Shown one piece after another: positions 24,213-38,310 of a stretch of DNA of 64,000 bases; position 1 is the stretch's first letter, and every line of letters starts with the position of its first letter. Origin of the DNA: Octopus vulgaris (Eukaryota); contig OX597820.1 in the NCBI GenBank assembly GCA_951406725.2, forward strand, positions 98,766,001-98,830,000, written 5' to 3'. The notes under the pieces were generated by a model. That model was not told where the DNA came from and did not search any database. It was given only the letters and a program-made list of their open reading frames with translations. A program made the position numbers and the translations under genes.

Positions 24213-24256
24213 CTCGGCGTTAAGTTTCGGCCGTTGCTGACATCATCAGGCCGAAT
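24213..24256 (-). ncRNA. Degenerate hammerhead-like motif
   Basis: ttcggc-CTGATGA-t-gtc..ggc-c-GAAAC-ttaac-gccgag; stem I pairs but the NUH cleavage site is lost. Confidence 0.4.
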
Positions 24257-24659
24257 AATTAGTTTATTGTGCTATGGTCAACACCAGTTCATCCTCATTT
24301 TCATAAATAAGTTTAACTGCAAACTCAGTGAAAAATAGTGAACACCTATAATGCATCAACCAATACAGAAAAGCTAGTACCTCACTATCGAGACTAATTT
24401 GGCCTTTAAACTCAATCAGCATTCACATTATTATGAAATGAAACATTGGATATGTCGCAAAACCCAACATCAACAATAAATATCCTTGACAAGTTGGCAC
24501 CGCAGAATCGTTTTAAATTATTTTCCCCATTCTCTAATTACTTAATCAACACTGAGAATTTGCTTAAATGCGTAGGCAAAGAATCTTCAAAATTTTAAAC
24601 AGAATATATTTCTGAATTAATTTTTGTAAGTACAGGCATACTTAGTTTTAGTATTTTTA

Positions 24660-24862
24660 ATCTTTTGCTTGTTTCGGTCATTGGACTGCGGCCATGCTAA
24701 GGCACTGCATTGAAGGGTTTAATCAAACAAATAAACACCAGTACTGATTTCTTTTTTTAATCTGGCACATCTTTTACCGAACCGTTAAATTACGGGGTCA
24801 TAAACGAACCAACACCGGTTGTCAAGTGGCGGACAAGGCAGAGCAAAAACGAAGATACATAA

Positions 24863-24944
<82 letters not shown>

Positions 24945-25219
24945 GTGTGTAGATAGATAGACTGATATATATATATATATATATATATACGCTTTTACTC
25001 TTTTACTCTTTTACTTGTTTCAGTCATTTGACTGCGGCCATGCTGGAGCACCGTCTTTAGTTAACCAAATCGACCCCGGGACTTATTCTTTGTAAGCCTA
25101 GTACTTATTCTATCGGTCTGTTTTGCCGGACCGCTAAGTGACGGGGGACATAAATGCACTAGCATCGGTTGTCAAGCAACGCTAGGGGGACAAACACAGA
25201 CACACAAACTTACACACAC

Positions 25220-25225
<6 letters not shown>
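24660..25225 (-). mobile_element. Two SINE family B 3' halves separated by (TA)n
   Basis: gtttc(a/g)gtcatt(t/g)gactgcggccatgct.. at ~24670 and ~25017. Confidence 0.85.
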
Positions 25226-25287
<62 letters not shown>

Positions 25288-25807
25288 TTACAGATTTTTA
25301 TTAATATGTCACATGTTCTTATAAATCATATATTAGCGCTTGAATCTACTCTAGTAGAATCTTTAGCTCCAAACCTTGGTTTCTTAATTATTACACAGGA
25401 TTTTTTGCAGAGACGCATATGTTGTCAGCCACTAAGAGACATGCTCAAGTGGTTAAGGCCAAGCAACTGACAAGCAAACAAGTGGTATTAAGTAGAATAC
25501 TTGCTATAAGGATATTTCTGCTTCAGCAACTCAGCGCTGAATCTGTCTGAAATGTAATGGAAAATCAAAACATTGATGTCCAGGTCACAAAAGCAAAGTC
25601 TGGAGGGAATGGTAGTCATTTCCTTTGATTCCTAGATAGAAGCAAACAGGAAATAACACTTACTATAACAGCAACTATTTAAAGCAGAATTTTTATATTA
25701 TAATATTCTTTCTTTTTTTTATTACTTCAACTAATTCATTTAATTATCTAAACCTAGACACATATTTTCGTTCTAGCTATTGTATTCTTTTAATTATTAA
25801 ATTCCCT

Positions 25808-26030
25808 AAGGCGGTGAGCTAGCAGAAACGTTAGAACGCCGGGCGAAACGCTTAGCAGTATTTCGCCTGTCTTTACGTTCTGAGTTCAAATTCCGCCGAG
25901 GTCGACTTTGCCTTTCATCCTTTCAGGGTCGATAAATTAAGTAGCAGTTGCGTACTGGGGTCGATGTAATTGACTGCCCCCCCCCAGCAAAAAAAAAACT
26001 TCGGGTCTTGTACCTGAAGTAGGAAATAAT
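25808..26030 (+). mobile_element. SINE family A (short tail)
   Basis: aaggcggtgagctagcagaaacg..gcctttcatcctttcagggtcgataaattaag. Confidence 0.88.
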
Positions 26031-26084
26031 TATTAAATGCCCTACTTAGAAATTCTTATTAGACCATCGATTTATTTCATAGGT

Positions 26085-26460
26085 CCAAACGCGGCTGTAT
26101 GGTTAAAGAACTCGTTTGTAATTATGTGGTTTCGGGTTCAATCTCACTGCGCGGCACATTAGACAAACGTTTTCTACTATAGCCCCAGGCCGACCAATAC
26201 TTTGTGAGTGAAATTGCTAAAAAGTGTGTGCGTGTGTACCTTAGTGTTTGCATTTGTGCCACCCCACACACACATCATTACAACCGGTGTTGTTTTCTTT
26301 ATGTCCCTATAACTTAGTGGTTCGATATAAGAGACCGACAGAATAAGTACCACACTTAAAATAAGTACTGGGTTCGTTTGTTTTTTTCGACTAAAACCCT
26401 TAGAAGTTCCCCCGTAAGGCGGCAGTCTAATGACTGAAATAAGTACAAGCTGAAAGTGAA
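26085..26460 (+). mobile_element. SINE family B, diverged
   Basis: ggctgtatggttaa..gggttcaatctcactgcg..ttctactatagcccc..gagaccgacagaataagtac. Confidence 0.75.
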
Positions 26461-26664
26461 AAAATGCTAATGTTACCGTAGCATAATTCTTCCCTCAAAC
26501 TGCTTTAACCCACCTCCAATTTAACTTGTTATTTAGATTCATAACAAAGAATGTTTATTTTTTAGATAATATAATAGCAAGTTGTGCCTAGAGTAGAAAA
26601 GAATATCTTTCTTATTTCCACTTAACTATAATCCGCTTTTTGATTTCTTTTCATCATTTACTAT

Positions 26665-26968
26665 GAAAGCACTTGGCCCAGTGATCAGGGTATTGTACTC
26701 ACAATTGTGAGATCGCGGTTTCGATTCGCTGAAATAGTGCATTGTGTTCTGGAGCAAAACACTTCATCTCCTATTATTACAGTCCACTCAGCAGTATATA
26801 GCTAACTCTGATGCAGTCGCTGACGCCTAGTTCAGAGCAACTGCAAGTCTGCCCACCTAGCCAGCGAGGTAGCAGCATTCGAAAGCTACAACACTGCAAA
26901 GATACGCATCGTGATAAGCGGTGTATTGTATGTGGTTACATGCAATAGCCTGGTCGATACAGTGATAA
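26665..26968 (+). mobile_element. SINE family D-like head with tail Y, diverged
   Basis: tggcccagtgatcagg..ggtttcgattc..gagcaaaacactt; the tail resembles 52255-52360. Confidence 0.6.
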
Positions 26969-27539
26969 TCGTTCACTACCTAACCTTTATTCCAATGTAT
27001 CTATAATGTAACCTATATTCTAATACATTCGTTTTCACCTAGTCGCGTTTAATTTCTTCAAGTTTATTTATGGAGTATGTTACTTTAATTCCACTGTTCT
27101 AACATTTGTCAAACTGTTCTCAATAACAAATAGTTTACACACAGACACTTTATAGAAAAATACACTATAAAAGCTATTAATATTTTCAGATATGCCACGT
27201 TTCATTTAATGTTTCCATATTTTTAACATCAAGTACATTCTACTTTATTGTAAACTTTTTTTCGTAGTATGTATGTATATATAGATTTTTTTTTGCTTCC
27301 TCATAATGTTCCATTGTCTAATCTACATTTTTATACGTTCCTTTTCACACACTTTCCTTTAAATTGATATCTTCAGCTTTATACATGATATACATGTTCA
27401 TATAATTTCACTATTCCAAATTACACCAAAATTGTTCACAATAATAACTTCTAGGGTACACACACACACACACATACACACACACACACACATACACACA
27501 CACACACATACACACACACGCACACACACACATATATAT

Positions 27540-27839
27540 ATATACGCACTCAAACAGAGAGAGAGAGAGAGAAAGAAAGAAAGAGAGTGAGAGATACGAT
27601 TCTACAAAAGGTATTGATATCTTAAGATGTACAAGTATTATAGCTATTTTTTCATCGCATTGATTACATAACCACGCATGCTGTTCTTTACCACAAAAAT
27701 TAAGTTTCCATTCTACCAAGTATCTTCATGTTTTTTCTATTATATATATATATATTATTCAAAGAAATTCTAACTCTGTTTTTTATGTTTTATTTATATT
27801 CTTTATAATATTAATGTAGAATATAGAATATATAGTATA

Positions 27840-27899
<60 letters not shown>

Positions 27900-28048
27900 A
27901 AATGAAATGAAGTATTGGTTGTCTTATTGAATAGATGAAATACTGAATATAAAATATGAAGGGACTAGTATACTTTCTTGGATTATAGCAGTCTTCAAGG
28001 ACCCAGGTTGTGACAGGAGTGTTTTAACTGTTGAAACACTACATACAA

Positions 28049-28081
<33 letters not shown>

Positions 28082-28283
28082 ATAGAAAAAACACGAAGGT
28101 ACTTGGTAGAATGGAAACTTAATTTTTGTGGTAAAGAACAGCATGCGTAGTTATGTAATCAATGCGATCAAAAAAATAGCTATAATACTTGCACACCTTA
28201 AAATATCAATACCTTTTGTAGAATCGTATCTCTCACTCTCTTTCTCTGTCTGTCTCTCTCTCTTTCTGTTTGAGTGTTTGTGC

Positions 28284-28290
<7 letters not shown>
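27540..28290. repeat. Long inverted repeat (~210 bp arms) around (TA)n
   Basis: 27540-27750 is the near reverse complement of 28070-28290 (both give KKIAIIL.HLKISIPFVESYLSLS in the ORF track). Confidence 0.88.
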
Positions 28291-28342
<52 letters not shown>

Positions 28343-28999
28343 TGTGTGTGTGATATAAACAGCAGTAAAGCAACTACGTATGTTTCAAAATTCTTTTACT
28401 ATGAGTTCTGTGTTGCCGCTTTTCAATGCATTTTACATTTAGCCAGTTACACCGTTAATCATTCAATGAAAGCGAGACTAAACTTTATACCATCCATATA
28501 TATATGCATTAAAAGTTGTTCCATCTAGATTTATTGCATTATAATAACATATTGTATTTCAAAGAATCGTTATCAACTGAGCTCTACATTACCTTGTATG
28601 TATATTTACATTAATTCATCAATTCTATATATAGATATATGTTATTCTGTAAATTTAACATAAGTTAATTATTCAAATTTTATACATATCTATAACGATA
28701 AAAGCTGCTTCTTAATTTGGATTATGAACATTTCTGAATGAAAGCAATCATTAAAATCCACTCTGTTCATAAAATACTTAAATTCCAATTTCAATGTATT
28801 CTTATCAAAGTGTGGTTCTTACACTTATTTTATTATTGAAAGATTTCATTTATGCGATTTAATTACAAAACCAATTTTTATTCGCCGCAACATAGTCGTC
28901 TTAAACTGCAAGAAAGTGTTCTTAACCTAGCTAAATAAGTTAACTTAATGCTCGATTTCTTCATATATTCTAACGTTGTTTTTAGGTGCTCGGTATTAT

Positions 29000-29220
29000 T
29001 CTCTTTTACTCTTTTACTTGTTTCAGTCATTTGACTGCGGCCATGCTGGAGCACCGCCTTTAGTCGAGCAAACCGACCCCAGGACTTATTCTTTGTAAGC
29101 CTAGTACTTATTCTATCGGTCTCTTTTGCCGAACCGCTAAGTAACGGGGACGTAAACACACCAGCATCGGTTGTCAAGCGATGTTGGGGGACAAACACAG
29201 ACGCACAAACACACATACAC

Positions 29221-29274
<54 letters not shown>

Positions 29275-29430
29275 GACGGGCTTCTTTCAGTTTCCGTCTA
29301 CCAAATCCACTCAAGGCTTTGGTCGGCCCGAGGCTATAGTAGAAGACACTTACCCAAGGTGCCACGCAGTGGGACTGAACCCGGAACCATATGGTTCGTA
29401 AGCAAGCTACTTACCACACGGCCACTCCGA
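29000..29430 (-). mobile_element. SINE family B, full length
   Basis: High identity to 10350-10768 on the opposite strand. Confidence 0.92.
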
Positions 29431-29637
29431 GTGAGTGAGTGAGTGAGTGAGTCAGTCAGTCAGTGAGTCAGTCAGTCAGACAGTCAGTCAGTGAATGAGT
29501 GAGTGAGTGAGTGAGTGAGTGAGTGAGTCAGTCAGTCAGTCAGTGAATGAGTGAGTCAGTGAGTCAGTGAGTCAGTCAGTCAGTCAGTCAGTCAGTCAGT
29601 GAGTCAGTGATTTTGTGAGTCAGTGAGTCAGTGAGTG
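29430..29637. repeat. (GAGT)n/(CAGT)n tetranucleotide repeat
   Basis: Directly visible. Confidence 0.95.
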
Positions 29638-30294
29638 CTATTAAACGAATAATGGATACAAAGGAAAATTAGACGTAACATATCAGAAAAAGACTCATAC
29701 AAATTGGGAATCAAATGTGAAAATTATATTTAGCAACTAGCAGAAAATCACCCTGAAAGTGGTCTTTCTGCCAGTCTTGAATAAAAGCAGAATTTCAATT
29801 TGATAACAATGTCTCTTTCCACGTCTTTATAACATAATTAATTCGATGTTTTCTAATAAAAACTTTTTCTAATCACAAACTTACTGCTTTTTCACATTTC
29901 ACGAATACTAAAAGCAGAATAAGGGATTTTGTTTTAGATATTGCGAAATAATTACGATAATTCCTACAGTCACCTGCTTGCTAAACCTCTCCTATACACA
30001 CTCACACCCACATGGAGACGCACATTTTCTATTTGACTCTCATACCGCATATATTCTTATCTCGTTATTTCTCCTCCCTTTTATAATATATTAAGTACAA
30101 CCCTTCGACTTTCTCTTCTTCCTTTTGTTCTTCTTCTTATTATTACTTTTATCATCATTGTTGTTATTAATATTGTTATTATTATTATATTGATAGTTCT
30201 ACTCCACCCATTACAACATCGTATCCCACCTTTGATACCACTAACATGCTTAACATCTTTTCTCTTTCTAGAGGTAGTTATATACATACATACG

Positions 30295-30326
<32 letters not shown>

Positions 30327-30490
30327 TACACACACACACATATATATATATATACATACATACATATATACACATACATACATACATACATACATATATA
30401 CATTTATATATATATATATATACATACATACTTCATATATGCAAATATATACACATAAATACATATATATATATTTATACAGACATACGT

Positions 30491-30557
<67 letters not shown>

Positions 30558-30800
30558 TACATCGTTATATAGGCACGCGCACACACTCACACACACAGGC
30601 ATGTAGATTGGCGCAAATGTTGCTTTTCAGCTCTTGATATGACCACACCCGATTTGTTTTTTATTTGAGCTTATCTTCAGAGAAAAGATTCCACAAACAA
30701 CAAAAACTCCAGAAACTAACGAATAACAATAATAATAATAATTATAATAATAATAATAGACCTAAAGTTGGAGCACAGAGGCCAGCTCCCTGACGAACTA

Positions 30801-30846
<46 letters not shown>

Positions 30847-31279
30847 TGAAGGCTAGGTTTTAAGAACTGTTTATGCCACATTTCTGATTGTAACGCCTTT
30901 TGATTCCTCATGAGAATCTTCCCTTAACTTACTTAACTTTAAAAGTTGTATTCCCTAGAATGTTCTTTATAAATATAATAAAGTTCACGAAGAATGAAGT
31001 CATTTTACTATAAAATCGGAGGGCGTTACCTGAACATCTTACTGTTCTATTTCCTCTTGGCAAATTTAATAGTGACAAGGTCACAGTTCGCACGGCGATT
31101 TTGAAACCATATAATAAATAAATGCTGTAATTGAAGGTAACAGTCTTCGTATGATTTTGAATGGTTAATATGTGTTTTCGACGATGCAATCGTTTTAGTT
31201 TCAACAGGCGGTCCCAGATGAAAATCACTGGCCTGGCAAATACATCTCTGAAATTTATATTTCACTAACTAAAAATAAC

Positions 31280-31470
31280 ATTGTTTTCAAATTTTGGCGC
31301 AAAGCCCGCAAGTTCAAGTAAGTCGATAACATCGACCCCAGTCATCAACTGTGGGGGCGGGGTACTTCTTTTTGTCGAGCTCAGTGAAAGGCAAAGTCGG
31401 CCTCGGCAGAATTTGCACTCAGAACGTAAAGACGGACGAAATGCCGCTAAGCCCGGCTTGCTCACCGCCT
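31280..31470 (-). mobile_element. SINE family A, diverged
   Basis: aagtcgataacatcgacccc..gaaaggcaaagtcggcctcggc..cagaacgtaaagacggacgaaatgccgctaag. Confidence 0.75.
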
Positions 31471-31924
31471 TATAACAAACTAACGAAAAATAATTACCAA
31501 CTAACTAACAAAAATACTAATTGCTAATCTGGTGTTTTATTCTCTCACCGTATGTCATTTATTAATTGCATGTTTTTATTAATTAGTTGCTTTATTAATT
31601 ATTTGTTAATAGCAGAGTTTTTTCCTCATTACATTATATATAATTATGCTATTCATAATTTCTTAGGCTCAAACCAAAACAGCCTTCAAATTATAAATAT
31701 CAAACTAGGACAACCTTGAAATTATAATTATCATAACTATTATAGATCCTTGTAGGAAGAATTTCTGATCTAATTCTCTTTATATACAATGTGTATACTT
31801 TGTAATCAATAATAAAACTCTAAACGTTAAACAGTTTGGAAGTTTGGAGTATTTTTAGGCAACTATCCATTATTTATAAAGAACAAGATAGGAAAATCAA
31901 AATCTTTTATTAATTGTAAAATAG

Positions 31925-32303
31925 GTACGGATGTATGGTTCAGAGGCTTGTTTTCCAACTATGTGGCCTTGGGTTCAGTCCCACCGTGCGCACCTTGGGC
32001 AAGTATCTTCTACTGTAGCCCCAGCTTGACCAAAGCCTTGTGTGTAGGGGGTGGATTTGGTAGACGGAAAATGAAAGAAGACCATCGTAAATATATGTGT
32101 ATGGTTGTGTGTGTGCGTGATTGTGTTTGTTCCCCATCACAGCCTGACAACCAGTGTTAGCATTTTTTACGTCCACGTGACTTGGCGGTTCGATAAAAGA
32201 GACCAACAGGTATAATGGGATTGATTTGATTGACTAAACTTTTCAAGGAAGTACTCCAGCCTAGCTGCAATCCAATGACTAAGACAAGTAAAATATAAAA
32301 GAT
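31925..32303 (+). mobile_element. SINE family B, diverged
   Basis: gggttcagtcccaccg..accttgggcaagtatcttctact..ggatttggtagacggaaa. Confidence 0.78.
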
Positions 32304-32842
32304 AAGAGATATTCTGAATCCTGGAAATAAGTCATTTTTAATTCCACTTGTGATTTGAGACGTCTCTGACGATGTATATACATCACACACCCGTTGGCTC
32401 TCTGATAAAGACGCGCAACATGAAGCTTGGACTAAGCTATATCATAAATATGTTCGTTTGTAATTGAATTGTGCATAGCAGGGTTAGCACTACATACTGA
32501 TTTCAACAATTATTTTTTGGAGGTGGAGGTTCCATCTTAAAATTTAAGCCTTTGATCCATTAACCGGGACATTATGTGACATTTTAGAATGGATCGGAAC
32601 AAATGTGCAAACTAGACAAGGTACCGGAGCAACCACTTCAAACTGAAACTACCCCTACCAGACCGTATGTAGGGTAAACCTACGTATAATGACCTTAACT
32701 TTGACAAAATTCTGAACACAAACCATCACTAGTTTCCTAGGATTCTACTATTTCAATTTTACGTATGTATATATAATATGATACAGTGATCTCTCCGTCA
32801 GAGAGGCGACAATTCAATCTCTGATAGTTTATAACAACTTAC

Positions 32843-33041
32843 CGTCAACGGTACCTCCACTACGATTCTTTGAAATTTAGCTGCAGCTAAACGCACTTGG
32901 GTCACCCGGCATTCCTGCTCTGTATTCTAAATGCGAGTAATCCCTCCACAGATCAAGTGCACAAAACTTCACTGAAATGCTCCTTGCCTCGAATGACAAT
33001 CAACCAGAAGCACGTTTTGGTCGGTACGTTCATTCTGTACC
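32843..33041 (-). other. Candidate non-coding or UTR exon (199 nt)
   Basis: Acceptor tttttgtag|GG and consensus donor ACG|gtaagt around unique sequence; stop codons in all three frames. Confidence 0.4.
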
Positions 33042-34079
33042 CTACAAAAATATGAATTAATCTTTAATTGCACTAAACTCACCCTGCTATGAACGTTATA
33101 TTATAGACTCAAGGGTTTTCCCTAGATTAACTAATAAATAGCGTATTAAGAAACTATATAAGCCATGCCATTAAAATATTCAAGAAAATCTTATGATGAC
33201 TGAGTATCAGGTCACCCAATGTGCATATAGACTTTTTATCCATTTTTCTTCTGCTTCACGCTTTTACACGTTTTCACTACATTACATAACTGTTAGTGCA
33301 CGCACTACATTACACAACGTACAGCACTGCATTACACTGTATGCAACACAACTTCACTTGACATACCGCACTACATAACATACAGCACTAGATTACATGA
33401 CAAATTACACTGAATTACACAAGTTATAACACTACATTACACAACACTTTCCACTACGTTACTAAACATACAATAGTACATTACTTACTTAGCACACTTC
33501 TCAACATTATCCATCATGAAAAGCAAGTGCATAACAGTAAAAACAATTTAAAATTATAATTCTGATATGTCGGGCTTCGCAACTCTATATAATTACGCAG
33601 AACCATGCAGTATATGGCAGCTTCTCCAGCTAGAAATAGCAATGAAATTTCTCTCAAACCATTTCCTACTGTCTTAAAACTAGAAACACGTATTAAATAA
33701 TGCAGTCCTAAAATACACTAAACTTTTCGGAATATGAGTCATGAAGGTTAGAATACCTTTAATCATAGATCCGTTGGATCTATATCGACTTGGAGTTGAA
33801 CGACTTACATTTCCAGAAGAAAACCATTCTCTTCATTAACGTATTTTCTTTTGTTATAAATCTTTAAAAACATTACAGATTTTATAATTATAATTTATTC
33901 ATTAGTCGAAGGAGAAAATTAAAGGCTCCAAATTTCTTCCGATTAATCTTGGCTAATATACAGGAAGGACCACTGGATGAGATTAATGTATCCGACATTC
34001 AATCGGCATTGCTAGAGCGTAAACATGAGCAGTGAGTGAATTCTAAAGTGAAACATCTTTTGGTAAAAAGACAACACAA

Positions 34080-34248
34080 TACGTTTTGAGTTCAAATTCC
34101 ACCGAGATCGACCTTGCCTTTCATCCTTTCGGGGTCGATAAATTAAGTACCAGTTACGCACTGAGGTCGATGTAATCGACTTAATTCCTTTGTCTGTCCT
34201 TATTTGTACCTTCTATGTTTGGCTCCCTAGTGGGCAATAAAGAAATAA
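34080..34248 (+). mobile_element. 5'-truncated SINE family A with TSD
   Basis: Core plus long tail; flanking duplication aaaagacaacac. Confidence 0.85.
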
Positions 34249-34364
34249 AAAGACAACACGGAATGTTACAGAACAGAAAATACCTTTACATCTAACAGGT
34301 TAAAGAAAGGGGACAGTCTAAGGTAGTAGAAAAGAAGTAGTTTTGTAGCAACAGAAGAGATTTA

Positions 34365-34580
34365 CGAGGGGTTACTGAAAAGTACTTAACTTTAAGGATG
34401 TTGTGAAAGGCCTGGTTAAAGTCCCAACTATCCGAGTGCTTTTACAGGGCTTAGAAAACTGAAGAACCGATGCAATAAGAGTGTGAATCTGAGAGAGGAA
34501 TATGTTGAATAAAATCATAATTAACTGATGCTCTTGTATTTTCTTTTACCTAAAGCCAGGAACATTTCAGCACACTCTCG
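34365..34580 (+). mobile_element. Mariner-derived MITE
   Basis: TA|cgaggggttactgaaaagt..aggaacatttcagcacactctcg|TA imperfect TIRs; internal RCNKSVNLREEYVE* resembles a mariner C-terminus. Confidence 0.75.
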
Positions 34581-34704
34581 TATAAGAAAATAGAGCAGTG
34601 AGCCAGCAGGTATTAAATATAAGCGTTGAAAGGTTTCCATATCAAGTGAATTTTGTTAATGGTTCTTAGTGCGTTATGTGAACAGTATTCTATTTAAGAA
34701 TAAG

Positions 34705-35400
34705 ACGGCGAGCTGGCAGAATGGTTAGCATGCCAGGCAAAATGCTTAGCGGCATTTCGTCCGTCTTCACGTTCTCAGTACAGATTCTGCCTTTCATCCT
34801 TTCGGGGTCGGTAAGATAGTACCAGTCAAGTACTGAGGTCGATACAGTGGACTCAGCCCCTTCCCCAAAATTGCTGGCCTTGTACCAAAATTTGAAACCA
34901 ATAATCTATGCAAGGATGCAATTCTTGATATGTATGTAATTAGCAAGCGTAGTTTTTTCTGCGAATCAGTGGTATCCTTGTATTTAAGGCGGCGAGCTGG
35001 CAGAAACGTCAGCACGTCGGGCGAAATGCGTAGCCGTATTTCGTCTGCCGTTACGTTGTGAGTTCAAATTCCGTCGAGGTCGACTTTGCCTTTCATCCTT
35101 TCGGGGTCGATAAATTAAGTACCAGTTAAGCACTGGGGTCGATGTAATCGACTTAATACCTATGTCTGTCCTTGTTTGCCCCCTCTATGTTTAGCCCCCT
35201 GTGGGTAATAAAGAAATAGGTATTTCGTCTGCCGTTACGTTCTGAGTTCAAATTCCGCCGAGGTCAACTTTGGCTTTCATCCTTTCGGGTCGATAAATTA
35301 AGTACCAGTTACGCACTGGAATCGATATAATCGACATAATCCGTTTGTCTGTCCTTGTTTTCCTCTCTGTGTTTAGCACCTTGTGTGTAGTAAAGAAATG
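34705..35400 (+). mobile_element. SINE family A monomer plus dimer
   Basis: Monomer at 34705-34900; dimer at 34986-35400 with the aaagaaatag|gtatttcgtc junction and TSD ggtatcc(t/a)tgtattt. Confidence 0.9.
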
Positions 35401-35914
35401 GGTATCCATGTATTTCTATACATGGATGGGTAGATATATATATATGGGTGAATCTCCGAAGATTTAGCTGTTCGACCTACTGAAATACCTACTCATCGTA
35501 TTTGTGTGAAAGTGTTGAGCCTTCCACAAACACGTCTGCTCATCGTTATTCTCAGGAAGAATCAGTAGACGGCGCGTAACAGAGCTGCACGGTTGGACTT
35601 TTAGGCACAATCCATCCTACACGCTTCAACACAGTTTCTATCTATGGTATGAGTCGGCACGAGGCTATAGAAAATTATATATGCCCTAGGTGCTGCACAG
35701 TGAGATCAAACGTGGATAACATGGGTTCTCGTAGCTGCGACGCGAACTTCGTAAGTATTCAACCATACTGTACCTATACACACATGTACAGACACACACA
35801 CACATATAGATACTTAGTTACACAGACACACGCACGCACACACATACACACACACACAGATACTTGGATACTTACACACACATTATACTTGTTGTTGTTA
35901 AAGCTTCTTGAACG

Positions 35915-36328
35915 GATGCGCAGGAGTGGCTGTGTGGTAAGTAGCTTGCTTACCAACCACACGGTTCCGGGTTCAGTCCCACTGCGTAGCACTTTGGGCA
36001 AGTCTTCTACTATAGCCTCGGGCCGATCAAAGCCTTGTGAGTGGATTTAGTAGACGGAAACTGAAAGAAGCCTGTCGTGTATATGTATATATATATATGT
36101 GAGCGTGTGTGTTTGTATGTCTGTGTTTATCCTCCAAAAATCGCTTGACAACCGATGCTGGTGTGTTCATGTCCCCGTAACTTAGCGGTTCGGCAAAAGA
36201 GACCGATAGAATAAGTACTAGGCTTACAAAGAATAAGTCCTGGGGTCGATTTGCTCGACCAAAGGCCGTGCTCCAGCATGGCCGCAGTCAAATGACTGAA
36301 ACAAGTAAAAGAGAGAGTAAAAGAGAGT
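35915..36328 (+). mobile_element. SINE family B, full length
   Basis: High identity to 10350-10768. Confidence 0.92.
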
Positions 36329-36470
36329 AGATGATTTGAATTTACGTCAGCAATTTTTCAAAGGTGATTTGATTGGTTGCCTATAGTTCTTGCTTTGGTG
36401 TATTTTAGACTAAAGACAGAAAAGCATCATGTGTTTTGAAGGGAATCTGTATCCATGCATGTATGGGTGT

Positions 36471-36505
<35 letters not shown>

Positions 36506-36702
36506 GAGAGAAAGAGAAGGAGAAGGAGGAGTGTGCTGTCAGGCAGAGTTAGTGAGAGGAGAACCCTAATTGAAGAATGTTGATCCATTTTCTTGCCCAG
36601 TTTAATATCACCATTGGTGGTAGGTAAATTTTTGTTGGATCCCAAGTATTCTGACAAGGTCTTGATATCTTCATGTGCTGTTGCTTCCTACTATACCTTC
36701 TT

Positions 36703-36935
36703 AAGGCGGCGAGCTGGCAGAAACGTTAGCACGCCGGGCGAAATGCGTAGCCGTATTTCGTCTGCCGTTACATTCTGGGTTCAAATTCCGCCGAGGTCGA
36801 CTTTGCCTTTCATCCTTTCGGGGTCGATAAATTAAGTACCAGTTACGCACTGGGGTCGATGTAATCGACTTAATACCTATGTCTGTCCTTGTTTGTCCCC
36901 TTTGTGTTTAGCCCCTTGTGGGTAGTAAAGAAATA
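36703..36935 (+). mobile_element. SINE family A, full length with TSD
   Basis: TSD tataccttctt on both sides. Confidence 0.92.
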
Positions 36936-37124
36936 TATACCTTCTTTCGTGTAGTGACTCAGTTAGTTAAAGGGTACAAACAGAAGTAGTTTTTTGTAGA
37001 AGCCCTCTGAAACCATTAACTTCTAGACTTCATCTGGCTGCTTGCAGAGGATAGCAGTAACATAGGAGCCGTAGATTTTTTTCTTCATCTCTACCTGACT
37101 ACCAATCTCTGAGCTACTTAAAAT

Positions 37125-37460
37125 AATAATAATAATGAAATGATTGTATACAGTGCTCAGGTGCACCACAACTTGTCAAAAGTGCGTATAAAGCATATGC
37201 AGTATTGTACAAATGTCTGGGAAGCGAACAGTGTATGAGTCAGATACATGCTTGCGTGTGTATGGAGGGGAGAAAATCAAGTGTAGTGTTGGCGAATCTC
37301 AGGAAGCATGGAAGTTGTGAAGGATGCAGTGCTCCGACAACTAACAACTGATGCCGGCAGTTTGTTCCATACTTCAGCAACTCTTAGCGTGTAAAAATGT
37401 TTCCGAAAGTCATGGGAGCTGTGCTGTTTTCTGACTTTTTTAAACATGTCCACGGGTCGA
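37125..37460 (-). mobile_element. CR1-clade LINE 3' fragment
   Basis: Minus strand TRGHV*..RKQHSSHDFRKHFYTLRVAEVWNKLPASVV; runs into an (ATT)n tail. Confidence 0.8.
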
Positions 37461-37829
37461 AGCTCATGTGCGATACGCTACTGAACCCTAAATTTTCATG
37501 TTTAAACAAGAATACACGTATCTAGTGGACTCAAAATATTGGTTTCAAATTTTGGCACGAGGCCAGCAATTTCGGAGTAGGGATAAGTCGATTATATCAA
37601 CCCCAGTATTCAACTTGCACTTTTTATCGACCCTGAAAGGATGAAAGGCCAAGTCAGACTCGGGGGAATTTGAACTCAGAATGTAAAATATTAAAACATC
37701 TGTTGACCATACCGTCGTAGATTACGTACAAGGAGGGAACTTCTCAAGAATCGTTTGACTTGTCGGAAACAACAGCCAAAACTTCTTCGAATTACATTCT
37801 AACGTCTTACAAAATTGACATATTTGTTA

Positions 37830-38049
37830 AGGAGTGGCTGTGTGGTAAGTAGCTTGCGTAGGCGTAGGAGTGGCTATGTGGTAAGTAGCTTGCTTACCAA
37901 CCACGTGGTTCCAGATTCAGTCCCATTGCGTGTCCTCTTGGGCAAGTGTCTTCTACTATAGCCTCGGGCCGAATAAAGCCTTGTGAGTGGATTTGGTAGA
38001 TGGAAACTCAAAGAAGCCCGTGGTATATATGTATATATATATATATATC

Positions 38050-38080
<31 letters not shown>

Positions 38081-38310
38081 GTGTGTGTGTGTGTTTGTGT
38101 TCTGTGTTTGTCCCCTTAGCATTGCTTGACAACCGATGCTGGTGTGTTTATGTCCCCGTAATTTAGCGGTTCGGCAAAATAGACCGACAGAATAAGTACT
38201 GGGCTTACAAAGAATAAGTCCCGGGGTCGATTTGCTCGACTAAAGGCGGTGCTCCAGCATGGCCGCAGTCAAATGACTGAAACAAGTAAGAGAGTAAAAG
38301 AGTAAAGAGT
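37830..38310 (+). mobile_element. SINE family B with duplicated head start
   Basis: ggagtggct(g/a)tgtggtaagtagcttgc occurs twice, then a full body. Confidence 0.9.

Noticed and set aside
30620-30690. Minus-strand CTGAAGA..agctc/gagct..GAAA
   Set aside because: No stem I partner, stem III or NUH site.
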